Source: Nitrospinota bacterium (GTDB taxonomy: Bacteria; UBA8248). Taken from it: a stretch of 64,000 nucleotides of DNA. The DNA lies in contig JAPOYD010000141.1 of assembly GCA_026706735.1 (NCBI GenBank), positions 870 through 64,869 on the forward strand. The letters are read 5' to 3'. Below the pieces are notes generated by a model that had not been told where the DNA came from, made no database searches, and was given only the letters and a program-made list of their open reading frames with translations. Both the position numbers and the translations under genes were made by a program. This document shows, in pieces, positions 53,989 through 64,000 of this stretch (positions within the stretch are counted from its first letter, which is position 1; each line of letters opens with the position of its first letter).

Positions 53989-54630
53989 TTACTTGTCGGA
54001 ATTGATGCAGAGCACCGCGCGCCAGTAGTCGAAGATGTTCACGCGCTCTTGACGTTCAAGGGTCAGGTTGTTCGTTTCGAGCAGGGGCTCGAGGTCCAGG
54101 GTGGTCTCCCATCCGAATTTCTTGCAGACCCCGTTGATGAGTTCTTCGAACTTGGCCAGCAGAAGTTTCTGGCTCTTGAAATGATTGATGAAGACGACGC
54201 GTCCGCCCGGCTTGCATACGCGGCAGATCTCCGAAACGACCTTGTGCGGGTCGGGGGCCGCGCTCACGACGTAGCAGGCGGTGACGCAGTCGAAGGTATT
54301 GTCCTCATACGCCATGTTCTGCGCGTCCATCACGGCGAGTTCGACGTTGTTGAGGCCCATCTTCTCGATTTTCTCTTTCGCCTTCTCGAGCATTTTAGAA
54401 GAGATATCGATGGCGATGATCTCCGAAGTCGGCGGGTAGAGTGGCAGGGAGAGGCCTGTGCCCACGCCCACTTCGAGAAGCTTCTCGCCCGGCTTCAGGT
54501 CGAGCAGGTCGACGCCGACATTTCTGCCTTCACTGAACACGTGCTTGAAGACCAGGTCGTAGAATTTCCCCCATCGATCGTATATCTTGATGACGGCGTC
54601 CGGCGATTCCACTTTGCATCCCTCAGGCAA
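53989..54630 (-). CDS. class I SAM-dependent methyltransferase (Methyltransf_11 type; PmtA/UbiE-like)
   Basis: Motif I LLEVGVGTG and motif post-I IIAIDIS, then CKPGGRVVF. Confidence 0.8.
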   Translation of the reverse strand: MPEGCKVESPDAVIKIYDRWGKFYDLVFKHVFSEGRNVGVDLLDLKPGEKLLEVGVGTGLSLPLYPPTSEIIAIDISSKMLEKAKEKIEKMGLNNVELAVMDAQNMAYEDNTFDCVTACYVVSAAPDPHKVVSEICRVCKPGGRVVFINHFKSQKLLLAKFEELINGVCKKFGWETTLDLEPLLETNNLTLERQERVNIFDYWRAVLCINSDK

Positions 54631-54812
54631 GTTCCCGCGCTCGCAATTACACGGGAATCAGGTGGGCGATGGCCGCACCATGCGCGGCTGTATCAGGCGT
54701 ATTCCCCGGATCGGAGGAACCTTCTTCCTTCCAACTTCGGAAGATATGCCATATTGTAAGGAAAATTAAAATCTTTTTCCACATCAATCGGCAATGATGA
54801 ATACGGGAGAAC

Positions 54813-55610
54813 ATGATCATGACGTGGGAGACAATCGATTTCGATCTCGAGGAAGAGGGCGGCTTGGCCCTCGTTCGGCTCAATCGCCCCGGGGCGCTCA
54901 ACGCGCTCGACCGCCAGATGGCGAAAGACCTCTACGAGGTTTGCGAAAGATGCAATGAGCCCGACGTCCGCGCGATGGTCCTGAGCGGGGCGGGGCGCGC
55001 TTTCTCCGCCGGCGGGGACTTGAAGGAGATCGAGGCGCGCATCCGGGCGGGCGATCGGATGGAGGAGTTCCTCTGGCCGGACTACCAGAAATCGCTGGCG
55101 AAGCTCCACGAGGTCCGCTGCCCGACGATAGCGGCCGTCCACGGTTTCGCCGTGGGCGCAGGGTGTGATATCGCATTGGCCTGCGACATCCGCCTCGCGG
55201 GCGCAGGCGCTTCTTTCGGGCAGGTCTACTCCAGGATCGGACTCGTCCCCGATTGCGGGGGAACGTTTTTCCTGCCCCGCGTCGTGGGCAGCGCGAAAGC
55301 CCTGGAGTTGATTTTGACGGGCGACGTCATCGACGCGGAGGCGGCGCTCGCCATCGGTCTCGTCCGCTCGGTTCATCCCGATGACGCGCTCATCGAAGAA
55401 GCGACTGCCCTGGGACGAAAGCTCGCCGGCGGCCCCTCGATTGCGCTTCGGGCGGCGAAGAAGCTGATTCGCGCCTCAGGCGGCCTGGACGTGGCGGCGG
55501 CGCTTCGCGCGGAAGCGGGCGCGCAGGCCGAGACGGTCGCCAGTTCGGATTTTCGGGAGGGGATCAGCGCCTTTCTGGAGAAGCGAAAACCCAAATTCCA
55601 GGGCAAGTGA
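54813..55610 (+). CDS. enoyl-CoA hydratase/isomerase family protein
   Basis: LVRLNRPGALNAL, FSAGGDL, GAGCDIALACD. Confidence 0.88.
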   Translation: MIMTWETIDFDLEEEGGLALVRLNRPGALNALDRQMAKDLYEVCERCNEPDVRAMVLSGAGRAFSAGGDLKEIEARIRAGDRMEEFLWPDYQKSLAKLHEVRCPTIAAVHGFAVGAGCDIALACDIRLAGAGASFGQVYSRIGLVPDCGGTFFLPRVVGSAKALELILTGDVIDAEAALAIGLVRSVHPDDALIEEATALGRKLAGGPSIALRAAKKLIRASGGLDVAAALRAEAGAQAETVASSDFREGISAFLEKRKPKFQGK

Positions 55611-55655
55611 ACGAGCTCCGGCGATTCGGAGCCTCCGCCATATAAAGGACGCTTC

Positions 55656-56624
55656 TTGGGCATGGAAGCATATTTCGCGAGTTTTCCCGTCTGGATGAAT
55701 TTCATTTTCTTCGCTGCGGGGCTCCTCATCATCACGAAAGGCGCCGACTGGTTCACCGACGGCGCGGTCGGAATCGCCGAAACCACGGGGGTTCCCAAAG
55801 TTGTCGTCGGCGCCACGCTGGTGAGCCTGGCGACGACGGCGCCCGAGTTCAGCGTTTCCGTCATTGCGGCCTGGCTGGACCATCCGGCCACGTCCGTGGG
55901 CAATGCGGTCGGCTCTACCATCTGCAACATCGGGCTCATTCTGGCGGTGGCGTTCCTGCTCGAGCCTGTATCCCTTTCCAGGGAAGACGTTATGCGCAAA
56001 GGCCTGTTCATGATGGCGATGGGCTTGTTGCTTGTTCTTCTGGGCTGGGATGGGCGAATCACCAGGATCGAAGGTCTGGTTTTGTTCGCCCTGGTGCCCG
56101 TTTTTCTCTGGTTCGGCATGAAGCGGGGAACGTGGTCGGATTTCGATTTCGGGGCTACGATGACCGACCGGGAAATACACCATGTCGGGCTGCGGTTCAT
56201 CGCCGGTTCGATCCTGGTTGTTTTCGGCAGCGTGCTGCTCGTGCAGAGCGCGGTGCATCTGGCCCGAGCCATGGGCGTTCCCGAACTGGTCATCGCTCTT
56301 ACGCTGGTGGCTATCGGCACGTCACTTCCTGAATTGATCACGGCGGTTTCCGCATCCTGGCAGGGTCATGGAGACATGGCCGTCGGTAACGTGCTGGGCG
56401 CGAACGTCCTGAACATCACGTGGGTTCTCGGCGGGGCGTCGCTCATTGCGCCCCTCGGGATCGAGCGGCAGTCGTTCGTTCTGGATTTCCCGTTCATGCT
56501 CTTGCTCATGGTGATGTTTTTGCTTCTCGCCTTATGGAAGCGTGGTATGGGACGCAGGGCGGGACTTATGTTTCTTACGGGATACGTGTGCTATCTGGCT
56601 TTGATGTTCATCTACTTTGTTTGA
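55656..56624 (+). CDS. Ca2+/Na+ antiporter (CaCA family, YrbG-like)
   Basis: Two alpha-repeats: GATLVSLATTAPEF and LVAIGTSLPEL. TTG 55656 or ATG 55662 is the start. Confidence 0.85.
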   Translation: MGMEAYFASFPVWMNFIFFAAGLLIITKGADWFTDGAVGIAETTGVPKVVVGATLVSLATTAPEFSVSVIAAWLDHPATSVGNAVGSTICNIGLILAVAFLLEPVSLSREDVMRKGLFMMAMGLLLVLLGWDGRITRIEGLVLFALVPVFLWFGMKRGTWSDFDFGATMTDREIHHVGLRFIAGSILVVFGSVLLVQSAVHLARAMGVPELVIALTLVAIGTSLPELITAVSASWQGHGDMAVGNVLGANVLNITWVLGGASLIAPLGIERQSFVLDFPFMLLLMVMFLLLALWKRGMGRRAGLMFLTGYVCYLALMFIYFV

Positions 56625-56735
56625 GGACGTCCGGCCGTGAGAAAATAATTTTCGCTCCGCGCCGTTTGCCGGTATATTAAGGGTCGATTTTCTGGATTGT
56701 TTTCGAGGTTCACAGGTAAGGGGAAAGAGGTGAAC

Positions 56736-57584
56736 ATGAAAAAAATGGGTGCGCTGATCGCGGTGATTTTGTTGTTCGGTGCTCTTGAGGCTGGAGGGGC
56801 GAGCAAGAAAACCGATCCCTCCATGAAAGATATGGGCCAGGTCGTCATCGAGGTGAACGAGAAGAAAATCACTTTGGAGGAAATCGAGCAGAGGTTGAAA
56901 CAATTTGCTCCCGCCGTCCGAATCCGCATCCGCAAGAACAAGGGGCGGTTCCTCGAAGGTCTGGTTCAGGGGGAACTCCTGTATCAGGAAGCGATTCGCC
57001 AAAAAATCGGCGAGTCTCCCGATATCCGCAAAAGGATAGCGCGGTTGAAGCGAAGGCTCGTCATTGAGGAGTTTCTGAAACAGGATGCGGAGGCGGTGGG
57101 CGCGTCAGAACAGCAGTTGCGCGATTTCTTTCTCGCCAACAAAGAGCGGTTCCGCCGGAGGGAGGCGGTCACCCTCGCCCACATCGTGCTCAAAACCGAA
57201 CAGGAGGCGTGGGACGCCGTCGCCGAACTCAGAAAAGGGACGCCTTTCGCGCAGGTGGCGAGAGAGCGCTCCATATTCGAGGGCACGCGCGATTCGGGCG
57301 GCATGATGGGCACGGCCGAGCGGGGCGCGCTGGATAAGGCGCTCGAAGACGTGGCGTTCAAGTTGCCCATCGGCCAGCCGAGCAATCCGATTCGAACCTC
57401 CGTGGGCTGGCAGGTGATACGGGTGCTCGAGCGCGTGGGGGCTGCGGATGCGAAATTTGATGACGTCAAGGACGACGTAAAGCTCGTTTATTCGGAACTC
57501 AAGAGAAGAGAGAGGTACGAGGCGCTGCTCAGGCGCTTGCGCGAGGGAGCGAAAGTCAAGGTTCATGCGGAGCGGTTCAAGTAG
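56736..57584 (+). CDS. PpiC-type peptidyl-prolyl isomerase (PrsA/SurA-like), secreted
   Basis: Signal MKKMGALIAVILLFGALEA, then a parvulin core (LAHIVLKTEQEA...GGMMGTAERGAL...GWQVIRV). Confidence 0.8.
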   Translation: MKKMGALIAVILLFGALEAGGASKKTDPSMKDMGQVVIEVNEKKITLEEIEQRLKQFAPAVRIRIRKNKGRFLEGLVQGELLYQEAIRQKIGESPDIRKRIARLKRRLVIEEFLKQDAEAVGASEQQLRDFFLANKERFRRREAVTLAHIVLKTEQEAWDAVAELRKGTPFAQVARERSIFEGTRDSGGMMGTAERGALDKALEDVAFKLPIGQPSNPIRTSVGWQVIRVLERVGAADAKFDDVKDDVKLVYSELKRRERYEALLRRLREGAKVKVHAERFK

Positions 57585-57702
57585 GATTGCGCGCGGCCGG
57601 CGTCGCGCGCTATCCACATTTTTTCCACAGTTTCTCCCCTGAATATCCCCAGGAGTTCCACGGCCTGTCCACAAGAAATTGTGGTTTAGTGCAAAAAAAG
57701 CA

Positions 57703-57733
57703 TTGACCCGGCACTATATGTTGTGTTTATATG
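57703..57733 (+). promoter_or_regulatory. possible sigma-70 promoter TTGACC-n17/19-TTTATA/TATATG
   Basis: -35 TTGACC at 57703-57708 with an AT-rich -10 region at 57726-57733. It lies about 265 nt upstream of dcd. Confidence 0.3.
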
Positions 57734-57998
57734 ATTCTTCTCGAAACATGGTTTTCAAGCGAGTCCCAAGCGCTTCTCTCGTGTTTCGACTCAAGCGAAG
57801 CGCTTGTCGGATCGCCCCCGTTTCGGGCGGACAGGGGCGGTCGTCTGGGGGTGGGGGGAGTTGGTCTCCTCTCGCCCCCAGATACTATGTGCCCGGGAAT
57901 TTCACCCCCGGAAAATCGCGCATCGATCGTTTTCGGGTTTTCAGTTTCGGATGGAATCCGGGGTTTCACCATGCGCCCGGGCGGGCGGAGTACACGGG

Positions 57999-58553
57999 AT
58001 GTCGATCAAATCGGACAAGTGGATATCGAAAATGGCGCGCGAGCACGGGATGATCGAGCCTTTCGAGGACAGGCAGGTGCGCGAGGGCGCCATCTCCTAC
58101 GGCGTCTCCTCCTATGGATACGATATCCGCATCGCCGATGAGTTCATGATCTTCACGAACGTGAACTCGACCATCGTGGATCCCAAGAATTTCGACGAGC
58201 GCTCGCTCGTCCACGTCAAGGACGACACCTGCATCATCCCGCCCAATTCCTTCGCTCTCGCCAAGACGGTGGAGTATTTCCGCATCCCCAGAAGCGTGCT
58301 CACCGTCTGCGTCGGCAAGAGCACCTACGCGCGCTGCGGCATCATCGTCAACGTCACGCCCTTTGAACCCGAGTGGGAGGGCTTCGTCACCCTCGAGGTG
58401 TCGAACACCACGCCCCTGCCCGCCAAGATATACGCGAACGAGGGCATCGCGCAGGTGCTGTTCTTCGAGAGCGACGAGGAGTGCGAGACCTCCTACGCCG
58501 ACAAGAAGGGCAAATACCAGAAACAAAAGGGCCTCACGCTGGCGAAGCTGTAG
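57999..58553 (+). CDS. dcd: dCTP deaminase
   Basis: [48 protein letters not shown]. Confidence 0.92.
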   Translation: MSIKSDKWISKMAREHGMIEPFEDRQVREGAISYGVSSYGYDIRIADEFMIFTNVNSTIVDPKNFDERSLVHVKDDTCIIPPNSFALAKTVEYFRIPRSVLTVCVGKSTYARCGIIVNVTPFEPEWEGFVTLEVSNTTPLPAKIYANEGIAQVLFFESDEECETSYADKKGKYQKQKGLTLAKL

Positions 58554-58567
58554 GCCACGTTGCTTTC

Positions 58568-58613
58568 GTAGAGACAAGGCCCCGTGCCTGTCCGAGGTCG
58601 CGACCTGTCCCTG
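58568..58613. repeat. REP hairpins downstream of dcd
   Basis: GTAGAGACAAGGCCCCGTGCCTGTCCGAGGTCGCGACCTGTCCCTGC. Confidence 0.8.
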
Positions 58614-58744
58614 CTCCACCTCCAAAACCCCTTGTTTTTCTTTTCCCTTTGATGTTTCGCACTCCTGATGTATGATGATCCCATGTAATTTGTCCCAATA
58701 AGTGGAACCGTCCGCTCCACTGAGTCAGTCGGGAGGCGTTATCG

Positions 58745-59230
58745 GTGCCCCAGGAACTCTCTCACATCGACGAGCAGGGCCGCGCCCGCATGGTGGACGT
58801 CGGGGGGAAGGAGGTCACCCGCCGCGAGGCCGTGGCGCGCGGTCGCCTCGAGATGGCGCCCGAAACCCTGAGCCTTATTCTCGCGGGAGGTCTGCCCAAG
58901 GGTGACGTGCTGGGCACGGCGCGCATCGCAGGCGTCATGGCGGCCAAGCAGTGCGCGAGCCTCATCCCGATGTGTCATCCGCTGCGCCTGTCGAGCGTGG
59001 AAATAGACTTCTCGGCGGATGAGCCGCTCGGCCTGCTGCACATCTCGGCGTGCGTTCGCGCGCAGGATAGAACGGGTGTGGAGATGGAGGCTTTGACCGC
59101 AGTGAGCGTGGCCGGCCTGACCGTCTACGATATGTGCAAGGCGGTGGACAAGGGGATGGTGCTCTCTGGAGTTCGGCTGGTGAGAAAAACGGGCGGAAAG
59201 AGTGGGGATTTCATTCTGGACGGGGAGTAA
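58745..59230 (+). CDS. moaC: cyclic pyranopterin monophosphate synthase
   Basis: LSHIDEQGRARMVDVGGK, GDVLGTARIAG, IPMCHPL, EMEALTAVSVA. GTG start. Confidence 0.9.
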   Translation: MPQELSHIDEQGRARMVDVGGKEVTRREAVARGRLEMAPETLSLILAGGLPKGDVLGTARIAGVMAAKQCASLIPMCHPLRLSSVEIDFSADEPLGLLHISACVRAQDRTGVEMEALTAVSVAGLTVYDMCKAVDKGMVLSGVRLVRKTGGKSGDFILDGE

Positions 59231-59439
59231 TAATTCTTGGTGTCTTCATTTTCGAGGACGATGCGCCTGACCCGCTTCCGCCCTTTGCCCGACGCTGGAG
59301 ATAAGATGCCCTGAAACGGGCATTTTACCTCTGGAGGCGATACGGGTTCCGACTGAAATCATGACGAAACATGGTTGTTTCAATATGCGATTGATATTTT
59401 AGCCGTTTATTTTGATGAAATATCGTGGGAGAAACTTAT

Positions 59440-60519
59440 ATGAGCGAACCCATCAAAAAGATGCCGGTACAGACGATGCCGGTGGAGAAAAAGGAGGGAC
59501 CGAGCCGCCTGGGCCTGATTCTGGGCGCGCTCTTCATCATTCTTTGCGGCGTACTGGGCGCGGCGCTCGCCGAGGCCTTGCTCGCGCCGAACCGAATGGC
59601 CGGCCTGGCCGGAGGTGCTCTGGCGGGCGTACTGTTGCTGGTGCTCGCGAGAGAACTCGGTAAGCTGAAAATCGGCACCCTGGGCGGCGGGGCCGCCGGC
59701 CTGCTCTTCGGCCTTCTGGCCTCCTTGCTGCTTTGCGCTCTCGTCGGCGAGGCGTTTCCTCAAAACGTCCGTCCCCTCTTTGCCGCTTCTACTGGCTTGC
59801 TGCTCAGCGCTCTGGGCGTCGTTCTCGGGTCGGCGGCGGGGAGTCGGTATTCATCGCCTATGCCTGCCAAAGGGAAAGACCCAAGCGCCAATAAGTACCA
59901 TCACGCCAAGATTCTCGACACCAGCGTCATCATCGACGGACGCATCGCCGACATCTGCGAGGCGGGCTTCGTCGAAGGGCCCATGGTAGTGCCCCAGTTC
60001 GTGCTCAAGGAATTGCAGCAGATCGCGGATTCTTCGGATTCCCTGAAACGTAACCGGGGACGCCGCGGCCTCGACGTCCTCCAGCGGATTCAGCAGAATC
60101 AGGACCTGAACATCCACATTCTGGAGACGGATTTCCCCCGCGTGAAGGAGGTGGACACCAAGCTCGTTCTCCTGGGCAAGGAGATATGCGGCATGGTGAT
60201 GACCAACGACTTCAACCTCAACAAGGTGGCCGAGCTCCAGGGAGTGCGGGTTCTCAACATCAACGAACTGGCGAACGCGGTGAAGCCGGTCGTTCTGCCC
60301 GGCGAGGACATGAGCGTCTTCGTCATCAAGGAGGGCAAGGAGCATAACCAGGGCGTCGGCTATCTCGACGATGGCACCATGGTGGTCGTGGACCATGCGA
60401 AGCATCGCATCGGCGAGCAAATTCCCGTCTCCGTGACGAGCGTCCTGCAGACCACCGCCGGGCGGATGATTTTTACGAAAATACGAGATGAAGCCGAACT
60501 ATCGCAAACCGGCGCCTGA
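59440..60519 (+). CDS. PIN/TRAM-domain membrane-anchored protein (YacL-like)
   Basis: N-terminal TM segments, a PIN domain ([12 protein letters not shown]...[11 protein letters not shown]) and a C-terminal TRAM ([16 protein letters not shown]). Confidence 0.8.
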   Translation: MSEPIKKMPVQTMPVEKKEGPSRLGLILGALFIILCGVLGAALAEALLAPNRMAGLAGGALAGVLLLVLARELGKLKIGTLGGGAAGLLFGLLASLLLCALVGEAFPQNVRPLFAASTGLLLSALGVVLGSAAGSRYSSPMPAKGKDPSANKYHHAKILDTSVIIDGRIADICEAGFVEGPMVVPQFVLKELQQIADSSDSLKRNRGRRGLDVLQRIQQNQDLNIHILETDFPRVKEVDTKLVLLGKEICGMVMTNDFNLNKVAELQGVRVLNINELANAVKPVVLPGEDMSVFVIKEGKEHNQGVGYLDDGTMVVVDHAKHRIGEQIPVSVTSVLQTTAGRMIFTKIRDEAELSQTGA

Positions 60520-61252
60520 GCGCGCGCGCTCTTCTCCCGCATTGCCGCATCCCGATGAGACGGTGGCCATCGTTCCCGCTGCAGGCAAGGGTCTGCGTCT
60601 GCCCGGCGTGGTGGCCAAACAGTTCAGAAATCTTGAGGGAAAACCCCTTTTCCATCACTGTCTTTTGCGAATCGCGAGCACGGGCCTCGTGGGCCGGGTC
60701 GTCGTGGCGGTTCCCGCAGGCTCCAGCCCGCCTGAGCTTCCCGATGGAATGGAAGTGGCCGTCGAGGTCGTCGAAGGCGGCGCGCGCCGTCAGGATTCGG
60801 TGCGAAACGGGCTCGCCGCACTCGGGGATGATGTCTCCTGGGTCGTTGTGCACGACGGGGCGCGGCCCCTGGTGACGCGCGAACTCATGGAGCGGTGCCT
60901 GCTCGGCGCGGCGGAAACAGGCGCCGCCATCGCGGCCCTGCGCGTGGTGGATACGGTGAAGATGGGCGACGCTGAGGGATTTATCGAGGCGACGCGCCCG
61001 CGCGAGGGCCTCTGGCTCGCCCAGACGCCCCAGGTGGCGCGGCGCAAACTGCTCGTCCGCGCGATGGAGTGGGCGGACGCGAATGATTTCGAGGGAACCG
61101 ACGAGGCGGCCCTGCTTGAGGCGGTTGGCGTTCGGGTGAAGCTCGTGGAGGGAAGCGCCGAGAACATCAAGGTAACGACGCCCGGCGACATGGAGCGCGC
61201 CGCGCGCCTGATGGAACTCGCACGAGGTGCCGAGGCGGAGGCGTCCGCATGA
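60488..61252 (+). CDS. ispD: 2-C-methyl-D-erythritol 4-phosphate cytidylyltransferase
   Basis: [27 protein letters not shown] 60488 overlaps the upstream gene by 32 nt. An in-frame GTG at about 60560 is an alternative start. Confidence 0.88.
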   Translation: MKPNYRKPAPERARSSPALPHPDETVAIVPAAGKGLRLPGVVAKQFRNLEGKPLFHHCLLRIASTGLVGRVVVAVPAGSSPPELPDGMEVAVEVVEGGARRQDSVRNGLAALGDDVSWVVVHDGARPLVTRELMERCLLGAAETGAAIAALRVVDTVKMGDAEGFIEATRPREGLWLAQTPQVARRKLLVRAMEWADANDFEGTDEAALLEAVGVRVKLVEGSAENIKVTTPGDMERAARLMELARGAEAEASA

Positions 61253-61731
61253 TGCGCGTCGGGGTAGGCTACGACGTCCACCGCTTCGAGGCGGGGCGCA
61301 AGCTCATGCTCGGCGGCGTGGAGATTCCCTTTGAGCAAGGCCTCGCCGGACACTCCGACGCCGATGCGCTCATCCACGCGCTCATCGACGCGCTTCTGGG
61401 TGCGGCGGCCCTCGGCGACATCGGCGGGCATTTCCCCGATACGGACGCGGCCTATCGCGGCGCGGACAGCCGGGAACTACTCGCGCGCGTGGTGGCGCTT
61501 CTCGCCGAGCGGGGCATGAAGCCGAACAACGTGGACGCCGTGGTCGTGGCGCAGAGGCCGAAACTCGCTCCCCATATCCCTGAAATGCGCGAAGTCGTCT
61601 CCTCCATTCTGGGGATTTCGCCCGATCGGGTGGGGATCAAGGCGACGACGGGCGAGGGGCTCGGCTTCGTGGGACGCGAGGAGGGCGTCGCGGCGCATGC
61701 GGTTTGCACGATAAGCGTGGAGTCTCCTTGA
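61249..61731 (+). CDS. ispF: 2-C-methyl-D-erythritol 2,4-cyclodiphosphate synthase
   Basis: [34 protein letters not shown] overlap with ispD. Confidence 0.93.
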   Translation: MMRVGVGYDVHRFEAGRKLMLGGVEIPFEQGLAGHSDADALIHALIDALLGAAALGDIGGHFPDTDAAYRGADSRELLARVVALLAERGMKPNNVDAVVVAQRPKLAPHIPEMREVVSSILGISPDRVGIKATTGEGLGFVGREEGVAAHAVCTISVESP

Positions 61732-61747
61732 CGCCCATCGGCGGGGC

Positions 61748-63286
61748 ATGACAAATTTCTGCCCGGACGCGGCCCGGAACACATTTCACCCCCTCGATCA
61801 TGCGGGTTCTGGAGAGAGTCATTTGGGTGTTCAGCTATACAACACGTTGACGAGAAAAAAAGAACCCTTCGAGCCTTTGGAAGAAGGGCGCGTGAAGATG
61901 TACGTGTGCGGGGTGACGGTGTATGACCATTGCCATCTGGGGCACGCGCGCGCCGCCATCGTCTTCGACGTGATTCACCGCTATTTCGAATACCGCGGCT
62001 ACGATGTTCTCTTCGTGTGCAACTTCACCGACGTGGACGACAAGATCATCGCCCGCGCCCGGCGTCTCAAGGTTCCCATCGGCGAGCTGACCGAAAAGTT
62101 TATTGGTGAATACTACGTCGATATGGACGCGCTCGGCGTCCGGCGGGCGGATGCCGCCCCGCGCGCCACGGAGAACATCGAGGGCATGATCGAGATGATC
62201 GAGAATCTCGTCGAGAAGGGAATCGCCTACGAGATTTCGGGGAACGTCTACTTCGACATCGAGAAATTCCCCGGCTACGGCAAGCTTTCGGGACGCAACA
62301 TCGAGGAACTCGAAGCCGGCTACCGCATCGAGCCGGGCGAGGGCAAGCGCAACCCGCTCGATTTCGCCCTGTGGAAGGCGGCGAAGCCCGGCGAGCCCGA
62401 ATGGGAAAGCCCCTGGGGGCCTGGCCGTCCCGGCTGGCACATCGAATGCTCCGTCATGTCGAGCCGCTACCTGGGCGAGCGCTTCGACATCCACGGCGGG
62501 GGCGAGGATCTGGTGTTTCCCCACCATGAGAACGAGATAGCGCAGAGCGAGGGCTGCTTCGGGCATGAGTGGGTGCGCTACTGGGTGCACAACGGCTTCG
62601 TGCAGATCAATCACGAGAAGATGAGCAAATCGAAGGGCAACTTCTTCACCATCAAGGCGATTCTCGAGGACCATCCCGCCGAGGTGATCCGCTATTTCCT
62701 GCTGGGGACGCACTACAGACACCCCGTGGATTATTCGGATCAGGTGGTGAGCGAGGCGCGAAAGGGGCTGGACAGGCTCTACAACGTGCGGCTCAGGCTC
62801 GCCCGAAGCGGCGGCGGGGACTCAGGCGGCTGGCGCGAGCGGGTGGAAGAGGCGGTCGCCGCCTTCCGCGCGCAGTTCACGGAAGCCATGGACGATGACT
62901 TCAACACCGCGCGCGCCCTGGGATATCTCTTCGACTTCGCGAGGCGCGTCAACGGCTTCATCAACGAGGCGGGCGCGCTGCCCGAATCTGCGGCGGTGCT
63001 CGCGCGGGATGTCTTCGAGGAAGTGGGCGAGGTTCTGGGCCTGTTCGCCCACCCGCCCGAGGAGTGGTTCCGAAGCGCCGCGAGCGCGCAGCTCTCAAGC
63101 GGAGATGAGGGCCAAAACGGGGCCTTGCGCGATGATGAGATAGAAGCGTTGCTCGAACGACGCGCTCAGGCGCGGGCCAGCAGGGACTTCCCGGAGGCCG
63201 ACCGGATCCGGGAAGAACTCGCGGAGGCCGGCATCGTCCTGGAGGACGGCCCCGGCGGCACCCTCTGGAAGAGAAGGGCGCCGTGA
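61748..63286 (+). CDS. cysS: cysteine--tRNA ligase
   Basis: [16 protein letters not shown] (HIGH), KMSKSKGN. An alternative TTG start at 61823 has GGAGAG 6 nt upstream. Confidence 0.92.
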   Translation: MTNFCPDAARNTFHPLDHAGSGESHLGVQLYNTLTRKKEPFEPLEEGRVKMYVCGVTVYDHCHLGHARAAIVFDVIHRYFEYRGYDVLFVCNFTDVDDKIIARARRLKVPIGELTEKFIGEYYVDMDALGVRRADAAPRATENIEGMIEMIENLVEKGIAYEISGNVYFDIEKFPGYGKLSGRNIEELEAGYRIEPGEGKRNPLDFALWKAAKPGEPEWESPWGPGRPGWHIECSVMSSRYLGERFDIHGGGEDLVFPHHENEIAQSEGCFGHEWVRYWVHNGFVQINHEKMSKSKGNFFTIKAILEDHPAEVIRYFLLGTHYRHPVDYSDQVVSEARKGLDRLYNVRLRLARSGGGDSGGWRERVEEAVAAFRAQFTEAMDDDFNTARALGYLFDFARRVNGFINEAGALPESAAVLARDVFEEVGEVLGLFAHPPEEWFRSAASAQLSSGDEGQNGALRDDEIEALLERRAQARASRDFPEADRIREELAEAGIVLEDGPGGTLWKRRAP

Positions 63287-63354
63287 TGTTCAGTGTGGGC
63301 GAAGCTTCATCATGCGCGCGCCAAATCTTATCCTTTTACCGAAGAGCTTAGCGA

Positions 63355-64000
63355 TTGAGACGCAGACCCGAATACGTCTGCGGGGCGCACAGCGTGCTGG
63401 CGGCCCTCGCGCGCGGGCCGGAGCGGGTGAGGCGGCTCCTCATTGCCGAAGGACGCCGGGGCCGCAGGACATCCGAGGCGGTGCGGCTTGCAGAATCGCG
63501 CGGCGTCCCCGTCGAGACGCTCGATCCCGGAGGGCTCACGAAAAAGGCCGCCACGGCGCAGCATCAAAACCTCCTCGCGGAGGTTTCCCCCACGCCGCTG
63601 CTCTCGCTCGATGACCTCATCGAAGCCCAGCCCGCGGAGACTCCGCCCATTTTGCTGCTCGACGGTGTGCAGGACCCGAGGAATTTCGGCGCCATCTTAA
63701 GAAGCGCTGCCGCCCTGGGGGCGGGCGGCGTCGTCTGGCCGAAGGATAACGCCGTGGGTCTCACGCCCGTCGCGGCGAAGGCGGCCGCGGGCGCGCTGGA
63801 GGTCGTGCCGCTCGCGCGCGTGACGAACCTGGCCCGGGCCGTCTCGGCGCTAAAGGAAGCGGGCTACTGGGCGCTGGCGGCGGACGCTCATGGGGATAGG
63901 ACCCTGGGCGTCGACGAACTGCCCCGGCCCTGTTGTCTGGTCATCGGGGCGGAGGGCAGGGGCGTGCGGCCGCTCGTGCTCAAAAACTGCGACGCGCGCG
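63355..64000 (+). CDS. rlmB: TrmH/SpoU-family 23S rRNA 2'-O-methyltransferase (RlmB-like), 3'-truncated by window edge
   Basis: The frame is not listed in the ORF track because it has no stop. EYVCGAHSVLAAL..., LLDGVQDPRNFGAILRSA, LVIGAEGRGVR. TTG start at 63355 follows an in-frame TAG. Confidence 0.8.
   Translation, partial: MRRRPEYVCGAHSVLAALARGPERVRRLLIAEGRRGRRTSEAVRLAESRGVPVETLDPGGLTKKAATAQHQNLLAEVSPTPLLSLDDLIEAQPAETPPILLLDGVQDPRNFGAILRSAAALGAGGVVWPKDNAVGLTPVAAKAAAGALEVVPLARVTNLARAVSALKEAGYWALAADAHGDRTLGVDELPRPCCLVIGAEGRGVRPLVLKNCDAR

Noticed and set aside
58554-58744. Moco riboswitch upstream of moaC
   Set aside because: I could not find the conserved Moco-motif core by eye. The region is mostly a REP hairpin plus a short AT-rich stretch. 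An Infernal scan would be needed.

Overview
GC-rich bacterial chromosomal segment. Hand counts on sample 60-nt lines give about 65-68% G+C. I support about 55 protein genes, mostly housekeeping and transport: metG (3' part), a TatD/radical-SAM fusion, a patatin-like lipase, Lhr helicase, a class II cytochrome c, a Kef-type antiporter, a Y-family polymerase, a NitT/TauT-type ABC transporter, kbl, groESL with a CIRCE operator, a long TonB-like protein, a DtxR-family regulator, gpsA, tctCBA, an XDH-family Mo subunit, an SSS symporter, dcd and moaC. The window ends with a Bacillus-like yacL-ispD-ispF-cysS-rlmB string. I saw no rRNA, tRNA, CRISPR array, transposase or integrase. Most interesting observations: (1) an OsmC-like gene has an in-frame UGA exactly at the peroxidatic-Cys position with a downstream GC hairpin, making it a candidate selenoprotein that the ORF track splits in two. 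(2) A 1.4-kb low-GC single-gene island next to lhr encodes a DUF4062/TIR-like N-domain protein with an unrecognised helical C-domain, a candidate orphan conflict/defence gene. (3) A perfect sigma-54 -24/-12 promoter is followed by about 150 nt of hairpins and an intrinsic terminator, a candidate sRNA. (4) Intergenic regions carry an unusually dense mosaic of palindromic REP/MITE-like elements, at least four families, with about 10 copies of one roughly 140-bp TIR element. (5) Three genes are disrupted: higA by a perfect 13-bp tandem duplication, the SSS symporter by a roughly 17-bp imperfect tandem duplication, and groEL by an in-frame TAG ahead of its Gly-Met tail. (6) Two inverted AT-rich modules carrying a short ORF bracket an 8-kb block that includes lower-GC genes. 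All functional calls come from motif recognition by eye; no database search was possible.
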